32,000 nt of DNA from Candidatus Jordarchaeales archaeon. GTDB taxonomy: Archaea; Asgardarchaeota; Jordiarchaeia; Jordiarchaeales; Freyrarchaeaceae. Both the position numbers and the translations under genes were made by a program. Location: contig JAWAHN010000001.1 of NCBI GenBank assembly GCA_038889235.1, forward strand, positions 644,499 to 676,498. Reading direction: 5' to 3'. Shown here in pieces: positions 26,260 through 32,000 of the stretch (position 1 is the stretch's first letter; the number at the start of each line of letters is the position of its first letter). The notes below the pieces were generated by a model. The model had not been told where the DNA came from and searched no databases. It saw nothing but the letters and a program-made list of their open reading frames with translations.

Positions 26260-27005
26260 GATTCTTTAACAATTTCAGCGCACTTTTGAGGTGAGAGAAC
26301 TTTAAACTCTAATCCGTGTTTTTCAAGCAAGAGAAGAGCTTTCTTAGAGGCGGAGGGAGCCGCCAAAATCCCTCTTACACAGCGTGTGCCACGCTTTTTA
26401 ACTTCTTCAACGTACCTCGAAAGCTGGAGGACGTCTTCGCTCGTGGCGGTTTTTCTCTTAAGTTCTATAACGACGATATTGCCTTCTTTGTCCACGGCAT
26501 AAACATCAACGAAGCCCGATTCAACAATTTTCTCCTTAGTTATGGGTTTGAGTCCCTCCTCTATAAGTCCGGGATTCGCTATTACCGCTTTTTGCATGTC
26601 TTCCTCGCTAGCATACATTATGAACTCTGCCTCGTCAACTAGATCAAGAGCAATAACGGCATAGAGTTCCTTGAACTCGATTTCCAGCAGCTCTTTGGGC
26701 TTCATTCTGACACTTTTAACAACAAGATTGCCTTTCTTACTCATTGATTGCAAAACAGACCCGGAAGGCTGCCAGTTAACCGGTTGCGCGTCCCATGCCC
26801 TATGAACGAGGATGCTCCCATCTCTCTTAATTATTACTAGTCTTTCTCCCCAATCCAGGGACGAGCTTGCTCGACCTTTATAGTCGACTTTACACAGCCC
26901 GATAAGTAACAACAGTGAACCCTTCTTTATGGCATAGTTTATCATGTGAACGGCCTCATCTAAGGACGGGTGGAGAATTAACTTGGATTTATGCAAGAAC
27001 ATCAC
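26226..27005 (-). CDS. nucS: Mismatch endonuclease NucS/EndoMS
   Basis: C.VDY.GRA.S.L..GER..IIK.DGS.LVH, PVNWQP, EEDMQ, GFVDV, VIELKR, QLSRY. Confidence 0.93.
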   Translation of the reverse strand: MMFLHKSKLILHPSLDEAVHMINYAIKKGSLLLLIGLCKVDYKGRASSSLDWGERLVIIKRDGSILVHRAWDAQPVNWQPSGSVLQSMSKKGNLVVKSVRMKPKELLEIEFKELYAVIALDLVDEAEFIMYASEEDMQKAVIANPGLIEEGLKPITKEKIVESGFVDVYAVDKEGNIVVIELKRKTATSEDVLQLSRYVEEVKKRGTRCVRGILAAPSASKKALLLLEKHGLEFKVLSPQKCAEIVKESHSKKLTDFLA

Positions 27006-27036
27006 CCTTTTATCCCTTTAAATAGTATTCCATCAT

Positions 27037-27555
27037 ATGCCTAAAGGTTTGATCAAAAAGGCGCGGCTTTACAATGAAACGGCGTGGCTATATGATAAGC
27101 GTTACGGGGCTCAACAAAGCTTAAAACATTCCCTTGCACTGCTGGAACTGCCGATCGAAAAAGGGGATGTTGTAATTGATTTAGGCTGTGGGACAGGAGA
27201 CCTCTTAACGAGGATCACGAAGGTTTGCCATTCCTGTCTAGGGATAGATTTCTCTATCGGGATGCTTTTGGAGGCAAGGAGAAAGTATACAAACCTCGAC
27301 CTAGTACTAGCTGATGTTCATAACCTCCCTCTGAGAAAGGGTGCATGTAACAAGTTCTTTGCCATCACATTACTCCAAAACATCAACGAGCAAAAGCTTT
27401 TCAATGAATTGGTCAGGGTGTGCCGCCCAGGGAGCCGGGGTGTGGCGTCAACTATACGGAAAAAGGTGCGTTCACACTCTCTTTTCAAAAAACACGCTGA
27501 GAAAATTTTGGAGGTAGACGAAGACCTGATGTTCCTGGTTAGGCTCCCTATGTGA
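27037..27555 (+). CDS. Class I SAM-dependent methyltransferase
   Basis: VIDLGCGTG, GIDFS.GML, ADVHNLP, RVCRPG. Confidence 0.85.
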   Translation: MPKGLIKKARLYNETAWLYDKRYGAQQSLKHSLALLELPIEKGDVVIDLGCGTGDLLTRITKVCHSCLGIDFSIGMLLEARRKYTNLDLVLADVHNLPLRKGACNKFFAITLLQNINEQKLFNELVRVCRPGSRGVASTIRKKVRSHSLFKKHAEKILEVDEDLMFLVRLPM

Positions 27556-27570
27556 CATTGCTCCGGGGAA

Positions 27571-28296
27571 TCATATTCCACTACTGGGAAGAATTATTAT
27601 TCCCCTTTCACTGATCTCGAATGGCATTACTTTAAGGGAATGTTTTGTGAACCTCAGTTTTCTAACAACTAGCGACCTCTTAAGCTCGCCTCTCTCTTCA
27701 TTCAGGTAGAGAACTATTATTCCTTGAGCTATAAACTCCTCCACTCCGAACCTTGAAAGCTCGTTTTTTGAAGTTATTTCAGAGGTCAAGAGACTTGTTG
27801 TATTTAAATCATTCAGCAGTGACGCGATCTTGAATATAGCGGTTCTAATGGCCGTCATAGACTCAAACCTTATTCCGAGACTTGAGAGCGAGTCTATCAC
27901 AACGCGTTCAGCGTTTATCTCTTTTGTAGCTCTATATATCTCCTGAGCTAACGTGCTTATGTCAAAGCCTCTTTTCAGGGTGTAGGGCTCAGAGGTGGGT
28001 ATTCCGGCTTTACTGGACGCGGCATCTATTATGATGAGTTTCCCTTCGTTTTCTAGTTTCTTAAGATCCCAGCCAAACTGCATAGCTTCCCGTCTTAGAT
28101 CGTCTGGTCGCTCTTCGAGGGTTACGAAAACGCCAGGTTCGTCGTACTCTTTAGCTCCGTAGTAGAGGAACTGCATGCAGAAGATAGTTTTTCCAGTTCC
28201 CGCTCCACCTGTAACTAAAATGTTAGTTCCTTTAACGAAGCCCCCATTCGTTATTTCGTCGAGTCCAGGTATACCTGTTTTAACTCTTTCAATCAT
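27571..28296 (-). CDS. Single-domain KaiC/RAD55-family RecA-fold ATPase
   Basis: KTGIPGLD, GGAGTGKT, VTLEE, VVIDS, FGVEEF, VRKLR.T.H. Confidence 0.9.
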   Translation of the reverse strand: MIERVKTGIPGLDEITNGGFVKGTNILVTGGAGTGKTIFCMQFLYYGAKEYDEPGVFVTLEERPDDLRREAMQFGWDLKKLENEGKLIIIDAASSKAGIPTSEPYTLKRGFDISTLAQEIYRATKEINAERVVIDSLSSLGIRFESMTAIRTAIFKIASLLNDLNTTSLLTSEITSKNELSRFGVEEFIAQGIIVLYLNEERGELKRSLVVRKLRFTKHSLKVMPFEISERGIIILPSSGI

Positions 28297-28309
28297 TGTA
28301 AACCCCTCC

Positions 28310-28798
28310 CTACTTTTCTTTTTCGCTTATTAACCCTATTATTTCTTCTCCTTTCAACAGCTCGTTCAAACGCCACACGCTTACTTCTTGAACGTCTGGA
28401 CTTCTTCTAAAGTTTGAAATTATAGATTCAAGTTCTTCATTAGATCTAGCAACAATCACTAGATAAAGTTCGTTTCCTTCGCCGCCGACACCAATTAACC
28501 TTACAAAGTCGTTTTTCAGTAAGCTTTCAGCGATCTCTCTTGTTCTTTTGAGGGTTAAGTCTCTAACGATATGACCTCCCACGATTAGCCGAACAAGAGC
28601 CAAAGTGTTATACCCAAGCTTTTCAGCCGAAACAGCCACAGTAAACTTCCGGATTATGCCTCGCTCGACAAGTTTACGAACCCTAAAATGTACTGTTGTG
28701 TCAGGCACTTGAAGCTGCTTAGCAATCTGGGTAAAAGGGGTTCTCGAATCATTCTGAAGTATTTTCAATATTTCAATGTCAAGAGAATCCATTTCCAT
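28310..28798 (-). CDS. Lrp/AsnC-family transcriptional regulator
   Basis: MDSLDIEILKILQNDSRTPFTQIAK...TV..RVRKL...GII HTH followed by a RAM-like domain. Confidence 0.9.
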   Translation of the reverse strand: MEMDSLDIEILKILQNDSRTPFTQIAKQLQVPDTTVHFRVRKLVERGIIRKFTVAVSAEKLGYNTLALVRLIVGGHIVRDLTLKRTREIAESLLKNDFVRLIGVGGEGNELYLVIVARSNEELESIISNFRRSPDVQEVSVWRLNELLKGEEIIGLISEKEK

Positions 28799-28914
28799 AA
28801 ATGTGACACCTCTTCTTTCGATTAACTCAAAAGAAACATAGTTCTTTTTGTTAAAAATTTAGTTTACCATAAATTAAAATGTTTCTCTCATTAAACCCAG
28901 TTTAAAGGTAAAAT

Positions 28915-30438
28915 TTATTCGGATATTCTACCTAAAAGCATACCCTCAACTCTAACTGGGATAAGGGAGTAAGCGAGCTCTAAGGCTTTGGAAAGCCTGT
29001 GTTCACTCCCAGAGTAAATCTCCAAGAGCGTATCTCCCTTAGACACCTTATAACCTCTTTTAAACCTTAGAACAACGCCTGCACCTTTATCCGCCGGAGC
29101 TCCAGCAGCCCTAGCTATAAGTTTCACAGCTTCATTATCGACCTCAACGACATACCCGCCACTTTCCGCCTTGACCGCCGCAGTATAGTTACCGACAGGG
29201 ATTTCCTCCGGTTTAATATTAGGATCACCGCCTTGTGCAGCGATTATTTCCCTCATTTTCGAAAGCGCCCTACCATTCTCAAGAATGCTTTTAGCTACAG
29301 AGTAACCTTGTCCTACCCCGGCTTTGCCTCCCATTTCCAGGAGGATCCCTGCTAAAGATGTCGCTTTTTCGATTAAGCTCATGGGACCACTTCCCATAAG
29401 TGCTTCTAGCGCCTCTTTCGCCTCTAGAGAGGGGCCGACAGTATAGCCGACGGGCTGCCCTCCATAAGTGATCCCGCACTGGATCTTTATGCCTAGCTTT
29501 TTACCTATTTTTATGACTCTAGATGCTAGTTCTTCTGCTTCGTTCATGCTTTGTACCTTGCACCCCTTTCCCACCGGTATATCTAAAACCATGTTGTTCA
29601 CGCCCACAGCGAGTTTCTTGGCTAGAATGCTTGCTATCATTTGAGGAGTCGGATCGACCATTAATGGATGCTCTACTTTGATTATTATGTCGTCGGCTGG
29701 CGCTATGTTTAAGCCACCCCCCCACACTATGGCGCCTTTCACGTGTTCAACGATTTCTTTAAACTCGTCGATGGTGAAGCACACTGGAGCCAGAACTTCC
29801 ATCGTGTCTGCCGTCCCGCTCGGACTTGTGATAGCCTTACTGCTGGTCTTGGGAATCAGGAGGCCTGAGGCGGCCACTATGGGTACTACTAGCAAACTTA
29901 CTTTGTTCCCGGGAACGCCGCCGATAGAGTGTTTGTCGTAAGTTTCTTCGTTAAAACGCAATTTTTCCCCGCTCTCCGCCATAGAAATGGTTAGAGCTTC
30001 TATTTCTCGGTCACTCATCCCGTTAAAGTATTGCGCCAAAATAAATGCCGCTATTTCGATCGGGCTTAGCTCTCCTTTAACTATGCTTTGGACTATAATG
30101 GAGATTTCATCACGGGATAATTCTTCCCCCCGCATTTTCTTCCTTACATGTTCAAGCGCAGGAGTGGAGGGTGCTGTGTCTAAGATAATGGATTCACCGT
30201 CAGACAGGTTAATTAGCTTGCTTAAACGTTTAGGGATGCCTATCTCTCCCCTCCCCACCATAGAATCGGAGAGGGCTACGTTAACCGTTAACTCACGCCC
30301 ATCGGCGATAAGCTTAACCCTGTCTCCCACTTCAGCGTGAATTTCACTAGCGTCATGAACGTTCATAACTATTGTCGCAGATTCGAAATCGATGTCTACG
30401 ATGCGCGTCTCGAACTCTTTCAAATATGCAACCTCCAC
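28915..30438 (-). CDS. deoA: AMP phosphorylase (thymidine phosphorylase family)
   Basis: DKHSIGGVPGNK, PKTSSKAITSPSGTADTME, ASILAKK, LDIPVG.G.K; N-terminal beta-barrel extension typical of AMP phosphorylases. Confidence 0.92.
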   Translation of the reverse strand: MEVAYLKEFETRIVDIDFESATIVMNVHDASEIHAEVGDRVKLIADGRELTVNVALSDSMVGRGEIGIPKRLSKLINLSDGESIILDTAPSTPALEHVRKKMRGEELSRDEISIIVQSIVKGELSPIEIAAFILAQYFNGMSDREIEALTISMAESGEKLRFNEETYDKHSIGGVPGNKVSLLVVPIVAASGLLIPKTSSKAITSPSGTADTMEVLAPVCFTIDEFKEIVEHVKGAIVWGGGLNIAPADDIIIKVEHPLMVDPTPQMIASILAKKLAVGVNNMVLDIPVGKGCKVQSMNEAEELASRVIKIGKKLGIKIQCGITYGGQPVGYTVGPSLEAKEALEALMGSGPMSLIEKATSLAGILLEMGGKAGVGQGYSVAKSILENGRALSKMREIIAAQGGDPNIKPEEIPVGNYTAAVKAESGGYVVEVDNEAVKLIARAAGAPADKGAGVVLRFKRGYKVSKGDTLLEIYSGSEHRLSKALELAYSLIPVRVEGMLLGRISE

Positions 30439-30537
30439 GTATTAGCTAGCTTCTTATGGAAAACCAATTTTTTGGGGTATTTTGATAAGGTATTTATCAG
30501 TGCAAAGAAAAAGTTTTCCATTGGGGGTATATTCAGC

Positions 30538-32000
30538 ATGCTGTTCTCTAAAATAGCAGATTTTTATGAGAAAATAGAGGCTACGACAAAACGGTTGGAG
30601 ATGATAGACCTACTTGTTAACCTGTTCCTAGAGACGCCAAAAGAGATAATTGACAAGGTAGTTTACCTGACGACGGGGAGAATTTACCCGATGTTTGTTC
30701 CAATAGAGCTTGGTATTTCTGAAAAGTTGGCCATGCGAAGCATCGCTATGATTGCTGGAGTGAGTATTAAGGATGTTGAAAACACCTTTAAAGAGGTTGG
30801 TGACATAGGCCTTGTTGCCGAAATATTCACGAAAAAGAAGAAGCAAGCCTCCCTATTCCGGACGCCTTTAACAGTCGAGGTGGTTTATGAAACACTAGAT
30901 AAGATAGCGAAGGAAAGTGGGGAGGGGTCGGTAGAAGCCAAAATAAGACATCTTTCGAAGCTGCTACTTGACGGTACACCTAAAGAAGCCAAGTATATTG
31001 CGAGGATGGTTGTAGGAAAGCTCCGCCTTGGGATAGCAGATTATACAATTCTTGACGCGTTGGCCGTGGCTTTCACAGGGTCTAGAGAAAACAGACCCAT
31101 CCTTGAGAGGGCTTACAACATCACATCTGACTTAGGACTAATAGCTAAGGTGGTTGCAACAGAGGGGCTTAACTCTGTTAAAAACTTCAAGATCACCGTT
31201 GGAAGACCTATAAGGATGATGCTTGCTCAAAGAGCGACATCTCCCGAAGAAATTCTTGAGCGCATGGGTGGCCGTTGCTCAGCCGAATATAAACTTGACG
31301 GGGAACGAATGCAAATACACAAGGACGGAAGTAGAGTGGAAATATTTTCTAGGAGACTTGAGAACATAACGTACCAGTACCCAGACGTAGTTAAACTTGT
31401 CATAGAAAACCTGAAAGCAGAGAGAGCGATAGTTGAAGGAGAATGCGTGGCCATAAATCCTGATACCGGGGAAATGCTTCCCTTCCAGCAATTGATGAGA
31501 AGGAAAAGAGTGTACGGCATAGAGGAAGCCGTAGAGAAGTACCCTGCTATGATCTATCTTTTCGACGCGCTTTTGGTAGAAGATGAAGATTTAACGGATA
31601 AACCCTACCCTGAACGCAGAAAGAGACTTGCGGAAATAGTTCGAGAAAACGAGCGTATAAAGTTAGTTAGAGCAGAGCTGCTCGACAGCGTGGAAGCCAT
31701 AGAGAAATTTTTTGACGCTGCAGTCGAGGAAGGATGCGAAGGTATAATGGCGAAATCCATCCAATCCGACTCCATATATGAGGCTGGAAGTAGAGGATAC
31801 AAGTGGCTCAAGTTCAAACGAGAGTACAAGACAGAGATGACCGACACTATAGATGCAGTTATAGTTGGAGCGTTTATGGGTAAAGGCAAACGGGCAGGAT
31901 CCTATGGAGCGCTGCTCGTCGCGGTTTACGACGAGGATTCAGACATGTTCAAAACCATCTGCAAAGTTGGTACAGGCTTTAGTGATGAAGATTTAGAAAG
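30538..32000 (+). CDS. lig: ATP-dependent DNA ligase (3'-partial, runs off the window)
   Basis: Read by hand and absent from the ORF track: MLFSKIADFYEKIEATTKRLEM..., AEYKLDGERMQIH, IFSRRLE, VEGE, FDAL, EGIMAK, WLKFK, KVGTGF. Confidence 0.95.
   Translation, partial: MLFSKIADFYEKIEATTKRLEMIDLLVNLFLETPKEIIDKVVYLTTGRIYPMFVPIELGISEKLAMRSIAMIAGVSIKDVENTFKEVGDIGLVAEIFTKKKKQASLFRTPLTVEVVYETLDKIAKESGEGSVEAKIRHLSKLLLDGTPKEAKYIARMVVGKLRLGIADYTILDALAVAFTGSRENRPILERAYNITSDLGLIAKVVATEGLNSVKNFKITVGRPIRMMLAQRATSPEEILERMGGRCSAEYKLDGERMQIHKDGSRVEIFSRRLENITYQYPDVVKLVIENLKAERAIVEGECVAINPDTGEMLPFQQLMRRKRVYGIEEAVEKYPAMIYLFDALLVEDEDLTDKPYPERRKRLAEIVRENERIKLVRAELLDSVEAIEKFFDAAVEEGCEGIMAKSIQSDSIYEAGSRGYKWLKFKREYKTEMTDTIDAVIVGAFMGKGKRAGSYGALLVAVYDEDSDMFKTICKVGTGFSDEDLE

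Noticed and set aside
39-31889. Numerous antisense or alternative-frame ORFs in the supplied track (e.g. 5971-6396, 18762-19352, 25034-25567)
   Set aside because: They shadow well-supported genes and lack any family motifs.
1-32000. CRISPR arrays, integrases, transposases, inteins, frameshifted or intron-containing protein genes
   Set aside because: None seen; the recognised proteins read as continuous ORFs of expected size.

Overview
Archaeal core-genome window; no CRISPR array, transposase or prophage genes were recognised. It encodes a replication cluster (small OB-fold RPA-like protein, PCNA, PriL, PriS, GINS51), the rpl11-rpl1-rpl10-rpl12 operon, AlaRS, SRP54, a TrmY-like protein, Pus10, Sec61-beta, ZPR1, a large RPA, a two-subunit Fe-S hydro-lyase, NucS, a KaiC-like ATPase, an Lrp regulator, AMP phosphorylase and a partial DNA ligase. 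A Rab-like small GTPase hints at an Asgard-type lineage (inference only). The main signal is in the RNA genes. All six tRNA genes (Ser-GGA, Arg-TCT, Thr-CGT, Ile2-CAT, Glu-TTC, Asn-GTT) carry 2-3 bulge-helix-bulge (BHB) introns: 16 in total, 15 at non-canonical positions. One intron splits an anticodon (34/35), one lies in a variable arm, and two flank a 7-nt mini-exon. Removing them by hand gives normal 76-88 nt cloverleaves. Other oddities are a HAD hydrolase that appears to need an ATT start and a TrmY homologue with a degenerate active site. All calls were made by eye, without database searches.
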